The notes beneath the pieces were generated by a model. That model had not been told where the DNA came from. It did no database searches and saw only the letters and a list, made by a program, of their open reading frames with translations. Shown here piece after piece: positions 41,409-55,637 of a stretch of DNA of 64,000 bases (position 1 is its first letter; each line of letters starts with the position of its first letter). The DNA is from an uncultured cyanobacterium. Its GTDB lineage: Bacteria > Cyanobacteriota > Cyanobacteriia > PCC-6307 > Cyanobiaceae. The DNA is taken from the NCBI GenBank assembly GCA_963765575.1, contig CAVXWZ010000011.1, forward strand, positions 512,001-576,000. The letters run 5' to 3'. The position numbers and the translations under genes were made by a program.

Positions 41409-42443
41409 ATGTCCGACAGCCCGCTCCCCCACGACTCCCCCGGGTCGATCTCCCCGACGTCCATCCCGCCCGCCCAACCAGCCCCCATCTCCGCCCAGCG
41501 CTTTGAGCCGCTTACCGCTCACCTGGTGGTGGCCCTGGTCGCCCTGGTGGTGATCGGCGGGGCCACCAGGGTCATGCAGGCGGGTCTGGCCTGCCCCGAC
41601 TGGCCCCTTTGCTACGGCAGCTGGCTGCCGGGCGGGCGCATGAACCTGCAGGTGTTCCTGGAGTGGTTCCACCGCCTGGATGCCTTCGTGGTGGGTGTGG
41701 CGCTGCTGGTGCTGAGCGCAGCCAGCTGGCTGGGGCGCCGCCGCCTGCCCGGCTGGTTGCCGTGGGGAGCGGCGGCGGCCCTGCTGCTGGTGGCCGTGCA
41801 GGGCGGCCTGGGGGCCCTGACCGTGACCCGACTCCTGGCCCCGGGCCTGGTGACGGCTCACCTGGGCACGGCCCTGCTGCTCGTGGGCCTGCTCAGTGGC
41901 CTGCATCAGGGGCTGGAGCGCCAGCGTCTGCAGGCGCTGGCGCCGCCGCTGCCCCTCTGGTGGAGGGCGCTCACGTCAGTGGTGCTGGTGCTGGTGCTCG
42001 GCCAGTGCCTGCTGGGAGGCTCCCTGGCCAGCCAGTGGGCGGCAGAGCGCTGCCTGGCCGCTGCCGAGGGCTGCCAGTGGCTCCTGCGCCACCGCCTCGG
42101 CGCAACCCCCACCGCCCTGGCCGTGGCCCTGCTGCTGCCGGCATCCCTGGCCCTGCCTGGCGAGGAGCGTCATCTGCGCGGCTTCAGCCTGGTGGCGGCC
42201 CTGCTGGTGGCCATCCAGGTGGCTCTGGGGGTGGCCACCCTGCGCCTGCAGCTCGCCGTTCCCGCCGTCACCGTGGCGCACCAACTCACGGCGGCCCTGC
42301 TGGTCGCCGTGCTGGCAGCGGCAGTGGGCCGCAGCCTTGGATCCGCCCAGACCCCCGCAGCAGGGGACCCCTGCCTCCCCCAGCCCCAGGCTCCCGTCCA
42401 GACCCCTGCCCTCACCCCCAGCGCGGAATCCGCCCATGGTTAG
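41409..42443 (+). CDS. ctaA: Heme A synthase
   Basis: GGATR...[28 protein letters not shown]. Confidence 0.93.
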   Translation: MSDSPLPHDSPGSISPTSIPPAQPAPISAQRFEPLTAHLVVALVALVVIGGATRVMQAGLACPDWPLCYGSWLPGGRMNLQVFLEWFHRLDAFVVGVALLVLSAASWLGRRRLPGWLPWGAAAALLLVAVQGGLGALTVTRLLAPGLVTAHLGTALLLVGLLSGLHQGLERQRLQALAPPLPLWWRALTSVVLVLVLGQCLLGGSLASQWAAERCLAAAEGCQWLLRHRLGATPTALAVALLLPASLALPGEERHLRGFSLVAALLVAIQVALGVATLRLQLAVPAVTVAHQLTAALLVAVLAAAVGRSLGSAQTPAAGDPCLPQPQAPVQTPALTPSAESAHG

Positions 42444-43443
42444 CTTCAGTCCTCCCACCAGCGCGGTGCTGGCCCCTGAAGCCGGCGCCCCGGCGTCGCT
42501 CCGCCCCACGCCGCCGCGCTCCACGCGCTTGCCGGCCTGGCTGGAGGTGGCGAAACCGCGGCTGATCCCCCTGCTGCTCGCCACCACCCTGGCGGGGATG
42601 GCGGTGAGCGCCGAACCGATCGACGCCGCCACCATCACCTGCACCCTGGTGGGCGGCACCCTGGCGTCTGCGGCGGCAGGAATTCTCAACTGCCTCTGGG
42701 AAGAGGAGCTGGATGGCCGCATGGTCCGCACCAGCCGCCGTGCCCTGCCCTCCGGTCGCCTCGATCGCCAACGTGCCCTGCTGCTGGCAGGCCTGCTGAC
42801 GCTGGCGGCGGTGCTGGTGCTGGTGCTGGGTGTCAATCCGCTGGCGGCCAGCCTGGCCCTGCTCGGCCTGTGCAGTTACGTGTTGCTGTACACGGCGCTG
42901 CTCAAGCCCCGCACCCCCCAGAACATCGTCATCGGCGGTGTGGCGGGTGCGATCCCGCCATTGGTGGGCGCCGCCGCGGCGAGCGGCCAGCTGGGTTGGC
43001 AGAGCTGGTGGCTGTTCAGTCTGGTGATGGTGTGGACCCCGGCCCACTTCTGGGCCCTGGCGCTGCTGCTGCGCGACGACTACCGGTCCGTGGGCATTCC
43101 GATGCTGCCCGTGGTCAAGGGTGTTGCGGTGACGGTCCGGGCGATCCAGGGCTATGCCCGTCTCACCGTGCTGCTCAGCCTGGCCGGCGTGCTGGCCTTG
43201 CCCGGCGGCGGCCTCCTCTACGGCCTGCTGGTGCTGCCCTTCAACGCCCGCCTGCTGCAACTGAGCGGCAACCTGGCGCTTGAGCCCGAGGATCCCGGCC
43301 GGGCCCGCGCGCTGTTCCGCTGGTCGATCCTCTACCTCTTCGGCATCTGCCTGCTGCTGCTGCTGGCCCGGCTGCCTCTGGCCGAGACCCTGCAGCTGCC
43401 GCCCCCGGCCCTGTCGCCCTGGCTGCCTACATTGACCTCCTGA
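42436..43443 (+). CDS. ctaB: Heme O synthase (protoheme IX farnesyltransferase)
   Basis: KPRL, D..M.RT..R.LPSG, YT..LK.RT.QNIVIGG.AGA, WTP.HFWALA, DY...GIPMLPV. Confidence 0.95.
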   Translation: MVSFSPPTSAVLAPEAGAPASLRPTPPRSTRLPAWLEVAKPRLIPLLLATTLAGMAVSAEPIDAATITCTLVGGTLASAAAGILNCLWEEELDGRMVRTSRRALPSGRLDRQRALLLAGLLTLAAVLVLVLGVNPLAASLALLGLCSYVLLYTALLKPRTPQNIVIGGVAGAIPPLVGAAAASGQLGWQSWWLFSLVMVWTPAHFWALALLLRDDYRSVGIPMLPVVKGVAVTVRAIQGYARLTVLLSLAGVLALPGGGLLYGLLVLPFNARLLQLSGNLALEPEDPGRARALFRWSILYLFGICLLLLLARLPLAETLQLPPPALSPWLPTLTS

Positions 43444-43463
43444 CTCGACGGGCGACCCCTCTG

Positions 43464-44510
43464 ATGGGTGATGGTTCTGCTGGCGGCGGGCTGATCGAGC
43501 TCCGCGACCTGCACAAGAGCTACGGCCGTGGCGACGGGGCGGTGTCCGCCTTGGACGGCCTCAGCCTGAGCGTGCCAGCGGGCACGCTCTATGGCCTGCT
43601 GGGTCCGAATGGCTCGGGCAAGACCACCGCCTTGCGCATTCTCTGCACGCTGCTGGCCCCCGACGCCGGCAGCGTGCGCGTGGCCGGTGTCGATGCTCTC
43701 AGCCAGCCCCGCTCCGTGCGCCGGCTGCTGGGCTACGTGGCCCAGGAGGTGGCGATCGACAAGATTCTCAGCGGTCGTGAACTGCTGCAGCTGCAGGGGG
43801 ATCTGCACCACCTCGAGCACGCTGAGCGCAACCGCCGCATCGTCGAGCTGGTGGAGCTGCTGGGGATGGGTGAGTGGATCGATCGCCGCTGCGGTGGCTA
43901 TTCCGGCGGCATGCGCCGCCGCCTCGATCTCGCCTCAGCCCTGCTGCACCGGCCCCGGGTGCTGGTTCTCGATGAGCCCACCGTGGGTCTCGACATCGAG
44001 AGCCGCGCGGCGATCTGGACGGTGCTGCGCCAGCTCCGTGACGGCGGCACCACGGTGCTGCTCAGCAGCCACTACCTGGAGGAAGTGGATGCCCTGGCTG
44101 ACCGCCTGGCGATCATCGAACGGGGTCAGGTGATCGCCGAGGGGGCGCCGGCGGCCCTCAAGCGGGCCCTTGGGGGCGATCGCGTCACCCTGCGGGTGCG
44201 CGAGTTCAGTGACGCGGAGGAGGCGGAGCGGGTTCAGCGCCTCCTGCAGGGCTGCGACGGGGTGCGCCAGGTGGTGGTCAACCGCTCCCAGGGCTACTCC
44301 CTCAACCTGGTGGTGGAGCACGAGGGCGTGGCGGAGCAGCTGCGCCGCCATCTGGCCGCCGCCGAGCTGCCGGTGTTCGCCCTGGCCCAGAGTCGCCCCA
44401 GCCTCGACGATGTGTACCTGCAGGCCACCGGCCGCACCCTGATGGATGCGGAGCTGGCCGTGGCCGGCCTGCGCGACCCCAAGGCCGAGCGCAAGCAGAG
44501 CATGCGCTGA
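43464..44510 (+). CDS. ABC transporter ATP-binding protein (DrrA-like)
   Basis: GPNGSGKTT, YSGGMRRRLD, LDEPTVGLD, SHYLEE, PSLDDVYL..TG. Confidence 0.92.
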   Translation: MGDGSAGGGLIELRDLHKSYGRGDGAVSALDGLSLSVPAGTLYGLLGPNGSGKTTALRILCTLLAPDAGSVRVAGVDALSQPRSVRRLLGYVAQEVAIDKILSGRELLQLQGDLHHLEHAERNRRIVELVELLGMGEWIDRRCGGYSGGMRRRLDLASALLHRPRVLVLDEPTVGLDIESRAAIWTVLRQLRDGGTTVLLSSHYLEEVDALADRLAIIERGQVIAEGAPAALKRALGGDRVTLRVREFSDAEEAERVQRLLQGCDGVRQVVVNRSQGYSLNLVVEHEGVAEQLRRHLAAAELPVFALAQSRPSLDDVYLQATGRTLMDAELAVAGLRDPKAERKQSMR

Positions 44511-44589
44511 GCCAGGCTTCAGCCCCACAGCCAGCTGCGCAGCTCCCAGCTGCGCACCCCTCCCCAGCCCAGCGATTGCGGCCTTCCCG

Positions 44590-45444
44590 ATGACGTCAGC
44601 CAACCCCAGCCTCCAGTCCCTGCCCGCCGAACCCTCGGCCCTGGCCGAGATCAGCCAGGAAACCCTGGCCCTCACCCGCCGGCTGTTCGTGCAGCTGCAG
44701 CGCCGCCCCTCCACCCTGGTGGCCGGGGTGCTGCAGCCGCTGATCTGGCTGGTGCTGTTCGGCGCCCTGTTCGCCAAGGCCCCGGAGGGGCTGCTGCCCG
44801 AGGGCATGAGCTACGGCCGCTTCCTTGGGGCTGGTGTGATCGTGTTCACGGCCTTCAGCGGTGCCCTCAATGCCGGCCTGCCGGTGATGTTCGACCGTGA
44901 ATTCGGCTTCCTCAACCGGCTGCTGGTGGCCCCCCTGCGCTCCCGCAGCTCGATCGTGCTGGCCTCGGTGCTGTTCATCACGGTGATGAGCCTGGTGCAG
45001 AGCCTGGCGATCATGGTCACCGCCGCCCTGCTGGGTTATGGCTGGCCCGGTGGCGGCGGACTGCTGCTGGTGCTGGTCACGCTGCTGCTGCTGGTGTTCG
45101 CCGTCACCGCCCTCAGCCTCGGCCTGGCCTTCGCCCTGCCCGGCCACATTGAGCTGATCGCCGTGATTTTCGTGGCCAACCTGCCGCTGCTGTTCGCCAG
45201 CACCGCCCTGGCCCCGATCTCCTTCATGCCCTCCTGGCTGGGCTGGCTGGCGGCTCTCAACCCGCTCACCTTCGCGATTGAGCCGATCCGCGCGGCCTAC
45301 GCCGGCCAGTTCTCCCTCAGCGCCGTGGTGCTGGAGGCCCCCTACGGCCAGCTCACCGCCGCCAGCTGCCTGGGCGTGCTGGCGGCCCTGGCGGTGGGCC
45401 TGTTCCTGCTGATCCGTCCGCTGCTCGATCGCAAGCTCACCTGA
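44590..45444 (+). CDS. ABC-2 type transporter permease
   Basis: QPLIWL.LFG, DREFG.L..LLVAP, NPLT. Confidence 0.9.
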   Translation: MTSANPSLQSLPAEPSALAEISQETLALTRRLFVQLQRRPSTLVAGVLQPLIWLVLFGALFAKAPEGLLPEGMSYGRFLGAGVIVFTAFSGALNAGLPVMFDREFGFLNRLLVAPLRSRSSIVLASVLFITVMSLVQSLAIMVTAALLGYGWPGGGGLLLVLVTLLLLVFAVTALSLGLAFALPGHIELIAVIFVANLPLLFASTALAPISFMPSWLGWLAALNPLTFAIEPIRAAYAGQFSLSAVVLEAPYGQLTAASCLGVLAALAVGLFLLIRPLLDRKLT

Positions 45445-45473
45445 GCCCCGCAGCCCCCGCCCGCCCATCCGCC

Positions 45474-46154
45474 ATGGCCCCCCTTCCCCATCCCCAGGGA
45501 CTGATCGTGTCGGTGCAGGCTCCGCTGGGATCGCCGCTGCGCGATCCGGAGGTGATCGCCGCCATGGCCGAGGCCAGCCTGCGCAACGGCGCCAGCGCTG
45601 TGCGGCTGGAGAGTCCGGAGCACATCGGGGCGGTGCGGCGCCGCTGCCCCGATGCCCTGATCGTGGGGCTGTGGAAACGCACCTACCCCGACAGCTCCGT
45701 GTACATCACCCCGGGCTGGGAGGAGATTCAGGCGGTGTGGGCTGCCGGTGCCGATGTGGTGGCGCTCGATGCCACCGCGCGGCCGAGGCCGGGCGGAGTG
45801 GCCCTGGCCGAGCTGATCGTCCGGGCCCGGCAGCAGCTCGGTGCCGTGCTGATGGCCGATGTGGACAGCCTGGCCAATGGCCTGGAGGCGGCCCGGCTGG
45901 GCTGCCCGTGGGTGGGCACCACCCTCTACGGCTACACCGAGCTCACTGCCCAATGCAGCCCTCCGGCCTGGGATCTGCTTGGACCCCTGCGGGAGCAGCT
46001 GCCGGCCGCTACGGCCCTGATCTGTGAAGGCGGGATCGCCAGCCCCGAGCAGGCGGCCCGGGCGCTGGCGCTGGGCGCCGATGCGGTGGTGGTGGGAACG
46101 GCGATCACCGGGATCGACCTGCAGGTGAGGGCCTACCGGCGGGTCCTGGGCTGA
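45474..46154 (+). CDS. nanE: N-acetylmannosamine-6-phosphate 2-epimerase
   Basis: GLIVSVQA, IVGLWK, VYITP, MADV, GTTLYGYT, EGGI, VVVGTAIT. Confidence 0.9.
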   Translation: MAPLPHPQGLIVSVQAPLGSPLRDPEVIAAMAEASLRNGASAVRLESPEHIGAVRRRCPDALIVGLWKRTYPDSSVYITPGWEEIQAVWAAGADVVALDATARPRPGGVALAELIVRARQQLGAVLMADVDSLANGLEAARLGCPWVGTTLYGYTELTAQCSPPAWDLLGPLREQLPAATALICEGGIASPEQAARALALGADAVVVGTAITGIDLQVRAYRRVLG

Positions 46155-46175
46155 GGAGGGCTGGGGGGCTGCGCC

Positions 46176-48264
<2,089 letters not shown>

Positions 48265-48295
48265 TGGTGCTGGCGCCCCCCCTGCGGCGGCGCCC

Positions 48296-49947
<1,652 letters not shown>

Positions 49948-50019
49948 GGCGGGGGATCGGGCACGGCGGCCTGATTGTATGGATCTCTCTCTGACCAGGC
50001 CCACCGCCGGGAGTCGTTT

Positions 50020-50700
50020 GTGCATCTGCTGATTGCCGCCGCCGGCAGCGGCCGCCGCATGGGTGCCAAGGGCAACAAGTTGCTGCTCGAGGTGGCCGGC
50101 CGCCCGGTGCTGGCCTGGACCCTCGATGCCGCCCTGGCCTGCCCGGCGATCCACTGGATCGGCATTGTCGGTCAGCCCGCCGATGCCGAGGCGGTGGCCG
50201 CGATCGTGACCGCCGCCGCCCCGTCCCTGCCGGTGCGCTGGATCCTGGGCGGCGCCACCCGCCAGGAGTCGGTGCGCCGGGGCCTGGCGGCCCTGCCGGC
50301 GGAGGCGCAGGGGGTGCTGATTCACGACGGCGCCCGCGCGCTGGTGGAGCCGGAGCTGCTCGAGCGCTGTGCCGCCGCCGTGGCCCTGGGCCGGTCGGTG
50401 ATCGCCGCCACGCCCGTCACCGACACGATCAAGCAGGTGGACGCGGAGGGCACGATCACCGCCACACCCGATCGCAGCTGCCTGTGGGCCGCCCAGACAC
50501 CCCAGGGATTCCCGGTGGCGCAGCTGCGCCAGGCCCACCGCACCGCCAGCGAGCGGGGCTGGAGCGTCACCGATGACGCCGCCCTGCTGGAGCGCCTCGG
50601 TCAGCCGGTGCAGGTGCTGGAAGCGCCGCCTGCCAACATCAAGCTCACCACACCCTTTGACCTCACGGTGGCCGCGGCGCTGCTGGCGGCCAGGCGCTGA
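50020..50700 (+). CDS. ispD: 2-C-methyl-D-erythritol 4-phosphate cytidylyltransferase
   Basis: [48 protein letters not shown]. Confidence 0.95.
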   Translation: MHLLIAAAGSGRRMGAKGNKLLLEVAGRPVLAWTLDAALACPAIHWIGIVGQPADAEAVAAIVTAAAPSLPVRWILGGATRQESVRRGLAALPAEAQGVLIHDGARALVEPELLERCAAAVALGRSVIAATPVTDTIKQVDAEGTITATPDRSCLWAAQTPQGFPVAQLRQAHRTASERGWSVTDDAALLERLGQPVQVLEAPPANIKLTTPFDLTVAAALLAARR

Positions 50701-50701
50701 A

Positions 50702-51661
50702 TCAGCGCCGCAGCTCCAGGCGGCCGCCATCGGCATCGAGCCGCACCCTTGCCCCCAGGGGCAGGGCGGCATTGCCGCTCTCATGGCCCACCGGCAGGTT
50801 GGCCAGCACCGGGATGCCGAGGTCGCAGGTGCGATCCCGCAGCACCTCTTCGAGGCTGAAGCGGGCCGGGGCCTGCCGGTCAGTCGCGGCGTGGCTGGTG
50901 CCGGCGGCGCCGCTGTCGGGGTCGTCGCAGTCGCTGAACTGGCCCAGGCCGATGCCGGCCAGCTGGCCCAGGGCGCCACTCAGGCGCCAGTGGGTGAGCA
51001 GGCGGTCGACCCTGTAGGGCGCTTCGCCCACCTCCTCCAACACCAGAATCGCCCCGCGCAGGCTGGGTAGGTGGGCCGTGCCCAGCAGGTGGGTGGCCAC
51101 CGTGAGGTTTCCCACCAGCAGCGGCCCCTCGGCCACCCCGCCCACCCAGCCCACCCCCGCCAGGGACGGCAGCGGCTCGCCGAACAGCAGGGCCCGCAGG
51201 CGCTCCTGACTCCAGGTCGGCTCCGCCGCCAGGCTGGTGAGCAGGGGGCCGTGGATGGCGCCGCCATGGCCCTGGGCCAGCTGGGCCCAAAGCAACGACG
51301 TGACATCGGAAAACCCCAGCAGCCAGCGGGGTGCCAGGGCCAGGGGCTGCTCCAGCAGCCGGGCGGCGCCCCAGCCGCCACGCAGGCAGGCCAGCAGATC
51401 AGCGCCGCTGCGGCCGGCCTGCAGCAGATCATCCCGGCGCTGCCCATCCAGTCCGGCCAGGTAGCCCCAGCGGCGTTCGTGCACCGGTTGCCTGGACACC
51501 TCCAGCCCCCAGCTCTCCAGCAGGGCAATGCCGGCCTCCAGGCGCTCCAGGCCGACCGGATCCACCAGCGCCGAGCTGGCGGCCACCGCTGCCACCCGAT
51601 CGCCACCCCGCAGGGGCTGGGGCCACGCCAGGGGCTCCGCCCCCCCCATGGGCCTGGTCAT
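50702..51661 (-). CDS. ldcA: LD-carboxypeptidase (peptidase S66)
   Basis: RGGWG, GFSDVT, HGP, GNL, LEEVGE.PYR.DR.L, P.GH. Confidence 0.9.
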   Translation of the reverse strand: MTRPMGGAEPLAWPQPLRGGDRVAAVAASSALVDPVGLERLEAGIALLESWGLEVSRQPVHERRWGYLAGLDGQRRDDLLQAGRSGADLLACLRGGWGAARLLEQPLALAPRWLLGFSDVTSLLWAQLAQGHGGAIHGPLLTSLAAEPTWSQERLRALLFGEPLPSLAGVGWVGGVAEGPLLVGNLTVATHLLGTAHLPSLRGAILVLEEVGEAPYRVDRLLTHWRLSGALGQLAGIGLGQFSDCDDPDSGAAGTSHAATDRQAPARFSLEEVLRDRTCDLGIPVLANLPVGHESGNAALPLGARVRLDADGGRLELRR

Positions 51662-52554
51662 GGCAGCCGTCCCAGCACGAGGGCCAGCAGCAGCAGGGCC
51701 CCCAGCCGCACCTGCTGGCCGAAGTGGCGCCCGTAGGCCGCCCCGCCCAGCTCCGGCCCGAGCAGGGCCCAGCCCTCGCGCAGCATGCCGGCGGCGGCGA
51801 CCAGTCCCAGCAGCCAGCCGATGGGGTTGAGCCCCCGCAGGGCGGCGGCCAGGGCCAGGGCCAGGACGGTGGCCCCATAGCAGCAGGTCACCACCAACGG
51901 TGCCCGACGGCCGAGGCTGAGGGCACTGCTGCGCACCCCGATCGCCCGGTCGTCCTCGCGGTCGGCCATGGCATACACCGTGTCGAAGCCGAAGGTCCAC
52001 AGCAGCGTCGCCAGCCAGGAGAGGGCGAGGGGCCAGCCCCCCGCCAGGGAGCCGGTGGCGGCGGCCCAGGGGATCAGCACCGCGAAACCCCAGCAGAGCG
52101 CCAGCACCAGCTGGGGGTAGGCGAACCAGCGCTTGGCCGAGGGGTAGAACAGCACCACCGGCAGGGCGGCCAGGGCCAGCAGCAGGCAGGCTGCGCGGCT
52201 GGCCGGCGGCAAGCCAACGATCACCACCGCCAGGGCGATCAGCAGGCACAGCAGCAGCAGCAGCACTGCTTCAGGCACGCTCACCCGGCCGGCCGCCAGC
52301 GGGCGGTTGCGGGTGCGCTCCACCCGCGGATCGATGCGGCGGTCCCAGAGATCGTTGGCGATGCAGCCCGCCCCGCTCACGGCCAGGGCACCGATCACGA
52401 TCCAGCCCAGCAGCGGCGCCGGCGGTGGCACCACAGGCGTGAGCCAGAGACTCCAGCCGGCCGGGATCAGCAGGATCAACCGGCCACTGGGTTTGTGCCA
52501 GCGCAGCAGTTCCAGCCAGGCCCGCCATCGCGATCTGATCGCCGAGCCGGCCAT
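51658..52554 (-). CDS. ubiA: 4-hydroxybenzoate solanesyl/polyprenyltransferase (UbiA family)
   Basis: RWHKP.G, GCIANDLWDRRID..V.RT..RPLA.G, YP..KR, FDTVYAM.DR.DD. Confidence 0.92.
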   Translation of the reverse strand: MAGSAIRSRWRAWLELLRWHKPSGRLILLIPAGWSLWLTPVVPPPAPLLGWIVIGALAVSGAGCIANDLWDRRIDPRVERTRNRPLAAGRVSVPEAVLLLLLCLLIALAVVIVGLPPASRAACLLLALAALPVVLFYPSAKRWFAYPQLVLALCWGFAVLIPWAAATGSLAGGWPLALSWLATLLWTFGFDTVYAMADREDDRAIGVRSSALSLGRRAPLVVTCCYGATVLALALAAALRGLNPIGWLLGLVAAAGMLREGWALLGPELGGAAYGRHFGQQVRLGALLLLALVLGRLP

Positions 52555-52630
52555 CGCTGTCTCCCGCTGCGGCGCAGGCTAGGGGGCGCAGGGGGTGGCA
52601 AAGTGACGCCGCGCCGGCAGTTGCCAGCCC

Positions 52631-54277
52631 ATGGTCCAGGCCCCCACCCCGCCCCTACCGGACAAGGTCGACGGGAGCCCGGACAGCCACCGGCGGGTTG
52701 CCGCCATCGACATCGGCACCAACTCCATCCACCTGCTGATCGCCGAGGTGGACGTGCAGCTGTGCAGCTTTTCGGTGCTTCTGGCGGAGAAGAGCACCAC
52801 CCGCCTGGGTGAGCGCGAGCCCGGCAGCGGCGACCTCAGCTCCGCCGCGATCGAGCGGGCCTTCCGCACCCTCCGCCATCACCGCCAGTTGGCGGAGAGC
52901 CATGGCGTCGAGCAGATCGTCACAGCGGCCACCAGTGCCGTGCGGGAGGCGCCCAATGGCCGCGATTTTCTCCTCGCCATTCAGAACCAGCTGGGTCTGG
53001 CGGTGGATCTGGTGAGCGGCCCGGAGGAGGCCCGCCTGATCTATCTGGGGGTGCTCTCGGGGATGGCCTTCGCTGAGCGTCCCCACACGATCATCGACAT
53101 CGGCGGGGGCTCCACCGAGCTGGTGCTGGCCGATGGCGCCGATGCCCTCGCCCTCACCAGCACGCGCATCGGGGCCGTGCGGCTGCAGCGCGAGTTCTGC
53201 CAGCAGGATCCCCTGCCGCCTGAGCAACGCGGCTTTCTGCAGGCCTACATCCAGGGTGCCCTCGATCCGGCCGTGGCCGAGGTCCGCCTCGCCCTGCGCC
53301 CCGGCGACGTTCCCCAGCTGGTGGGCACCAGCGGCACCGCCATGGCCCTGGCGGCCCTGGCGGCGGCCGACGACGAGCGGCCCACCCTCAAGCTGCAGGG
53401 CTACCGGCTCAGCCGGGAGCGGGTGGACCAGTTGGTGGCACGGTTGCTGGCGATGCCGTTCGAGCAGCGCCGAGCCCTGCCGGCCATCAACGAACGCCGG
53501 GCCGAGATCATCGTGCCCGGCGCGCTGATCCTGCAGACCGCCATGGCCATGCTCGGGGCCACGGATCTGGTGGTGTGTGACCGGGCCCTGCGGGAGGGTC
53601 TGATCGTGGACTGGATGCTGCGCAACCACATCCTCGGCGATCGCTTCTCCTTCCAGAGCACGATCCGGGAGCGCACGGTGCTGCATCTGGCGCGGAGCTT
53701 CGGTGTCGACCCGGTGCGTGCCGATCGGGTTGCCGAGCAGGCCCTCAGCCTCTACGACCAGACCCGGGGGCTGCTGCACGACGACGAGGGCCCCGGGCGC
53801 CAGCTGCTCTGGGCGGCAGCTCAGCTGCACACGTGCGGGACGTGCATCAACATCTCCGCCTACCACAAACACACCTGGTACCTGATTCGCCACGGCGAGC
53901 TGCTCGGCTACTCCCAGGGTGAGCACCTGATGGTGGCGGCCATCGCCCGCTACCACCGCCGCAGCCTGCCCAAGAAGCGCCATGAGTCGTGGCTGCTGAT
54001 CGATGGTCGGGAGCAGCGCCAGACCGTGGCCACGATGGCCCTGTTGCTGCGCCTGGCCGCGGCCCTGGATCGGCGTCCTGCCGCCGTGATCGAGGCCCTG
54101 CGGGTGCTGCCGCTGCCACCCGGCGACGAGCGGGGGATGGCGGTGGAGCTGCTGCCGAGGCAGGCGCAGCCGGGCGAGGAGGCCGTGGATCTGAGCCTGG
54201 AGCGCTGGAGTCTGCGCTCCTGCGCTGATGTCGTGATGGAGGCCAGTGGCCTGGAGCTCAGGGTGCTGGAGCCCTGA
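52631..54277 (+). CDS. ppx: Exopolyphosphatase Ppx/GppA
   Basis: AAIDIGTNS, ATSAVREA.NG, EEARLIY, DIGGGSTE, LREG, HD-like C-terminal domain. Confidence 0.93.
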   Translation: MVQAPTPPLPDKVDGSPDSHRRVAAIDIGTNSIHLLIAEVDVQLCSFSVLLAEKSTTRLGEREPGSGDLSSAAIERAFRTLRHHRQLAESHGVEQIVTAATSAVREAPNGRDFLLAIQNQLGLAVDLVSGPEEARLIYLGVLSGMAFAERPHTIIDIGGGSTELVLADGADALALTSTRIGAVRLQREFCQQDPLPPEQRGFLQAYIQGALDPAVAEVRLALRPGDVPQLVGTSGTAMALAALAAADDERPTLKLQGYRLSRERVDQLVARLLAMPFEQRRALPAINERRAEIIVPGALILQTAMAMLGATDLVVCDRALREGLIVDWMLRNHILGDRFSFQSTIRERTVLHLARSFGVDPVRADRVAEQALSLYDQTRGLLHDDEGPGRQLLWAAAQLHTCGTCINISAYHKHTWYLIRHGELLGYSQGEHLMVAAIARYHRRSLPKKRHESWLLIDGREQRQTVATMALLLRLAAALDRRPAAVIEALRVLPLPPGDERGMAVELLPRQAQPGEEAVDLSLERWSLRSCADVVMEASGLELRVLEP

Positions 54278-55175
54278 AGCGGCGCCAGCGCACATCCTCG
54301 ATCCTGCCCATGGGAACGGCCGGGGCAGGTCCCAGCCCCACCTGCACGAGATCGGGACGGCCGGCGAGCACCTCCAGCTCAGCCTTGAGGGGGAACCGTT
54401 TCTCGCTCTCCAGAGTGCCGCGGAACAGGGTCGTGCCCTCGGGGCTGCGCACGTGCACCCAGCTCGGTGCGCTCGGCCGCAGCACCAGGTCGCCCTGGCG
54501 GGCTGTGGTGGTGCGCCCTGGCACCGGGTCGGCAGGCGGCCCTGCAGCCTTGCTGGCCCCATCGCCGGCGGCCCCGCTGGTCATCTCGCTGGCGGCCAGC
54601 GGAGCGGTGGTGGGGGAGTTGGGGGAGGTGGGGGTGGACTGGGCAGGGGTCCGGCGCGGGAGCGCCTGTCGCAAGCCGATCAGGCCAGCCGCGGCAGCGA
54701 GCAGCACGATCACTGCCAACAGGGTGACCGGCACGGTGGTGCTGGGCGCGCCGGTGGGCTTGGGAGCCGAGATCTGTCCCTGCCGCCCGGCGGCAGCCTC
54801 AGCGGTACGGCCCTGGCCCTGGCGTTGGCCGCGGGGGCGCTCTGGACGCTTGTCCTGGCCTCCGGTCTGGTTCTGCTGAAGGGGCTGGGCGGGAGCGCGG
54901 CTGGCCCGGGGGATCTGAAACCCGTCACTGCCGCGCAGGGCCGCGATCTCCTGATCAATCTCGATGCCCAGACTGGCGGCCACCCGGCGGGCCTGGGCGA
55001 TCACGAACACCGGCTCCGGCAGGCCGTCGCGGTTGCCGGCCTCCAGGGCCTGCAGCTGTTCGCGGCCCATGTTCAGTCGATCGGCATGCTCCTCAAGGCT
55101 GCGACCAGAGGCTTCACGCGCCTGGACGAGCCGCCGGCCCAGTTGCTGCAGTGCCGGATTGGCGTCAGCGCTCAC
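54258..55175 (-). CDS. RodZ-like protein (HTH, TM, DUF4115 domain)
   Basis: LG..L..ARE..G.S, L.ALE.G....LPE.VF; one TM; C-terminal SW..V..G..LF.G, GRPD. Confidence 0.78.
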   Translation of the reverse strand: MSADANPALQQLGRRLVQAREASGRSLEEHADRLNMGREQLQALEAGNRDGLPEPVFVIAQARRVAASLGIEIDQEIAALRGSDGFQIPRASRAPAQPLQQNQTGGQDKRPERPRGQRQGQGRTAEAAAGRQGQISAPKPTGAPSTTVPVTLLAVIVLLAAAAGLIGLRQALPRRTPAQSTPTSPNSPTTAPLAASEMTSGAAGDGASKAAGPPADPVPGRTTTARQGDLVLRPSAPSWVHVRSPEGTTLFRGTLESEKRFPLKAELEVLAGRPDLVQVGLGPAPAVPMGRIEDVRWRRFRAPAP

Positions 55176-55345
55176 GCGGCAGGTCTCCAGGAAGGAACAG
55201 GCGCCGGCGTGGTGAGCCGGAACTCCCGAACGCCGTGGATCACGTCCGGAATCGACGCCATTCTGAACCCTCGCCACCGGAGCCACCAGCCCCGAGCTGG
55301 CCCACGGGACAGCTTGGGGCTGCCCACGGGGGGCGTAAAAAATGA

Positions 55346-55417
<72 letters not shown>

Positions 55418-55637
55418 GATACTGAAGGGAACTGGCAGCAACGGAACTGGCAGGTCTCCCACAGGCTGAAGGCCCGGCGGCCGTGGATGGCCAACTCGGA
55501 TCTCAACGTGCCTGACTTTACGGCACCACTGGAGGCCACCACTGGACCACACCACTGGCTGGCGTCGCCCTGCTCCAGCCCATCCTCCGGCCGGCGATCG
55601 TCCAGCATGGGTCGCGTCGTTCGACCGTGCCCCATCG

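Noticed and set aside
44531..44556. Direct repeat CCAGCTGCGCA x2 (likewise GGAACTGGCAG x2 at ~55428-55453)
   Set aside because: Only two short copies each in GC-rich spacers; no support for function
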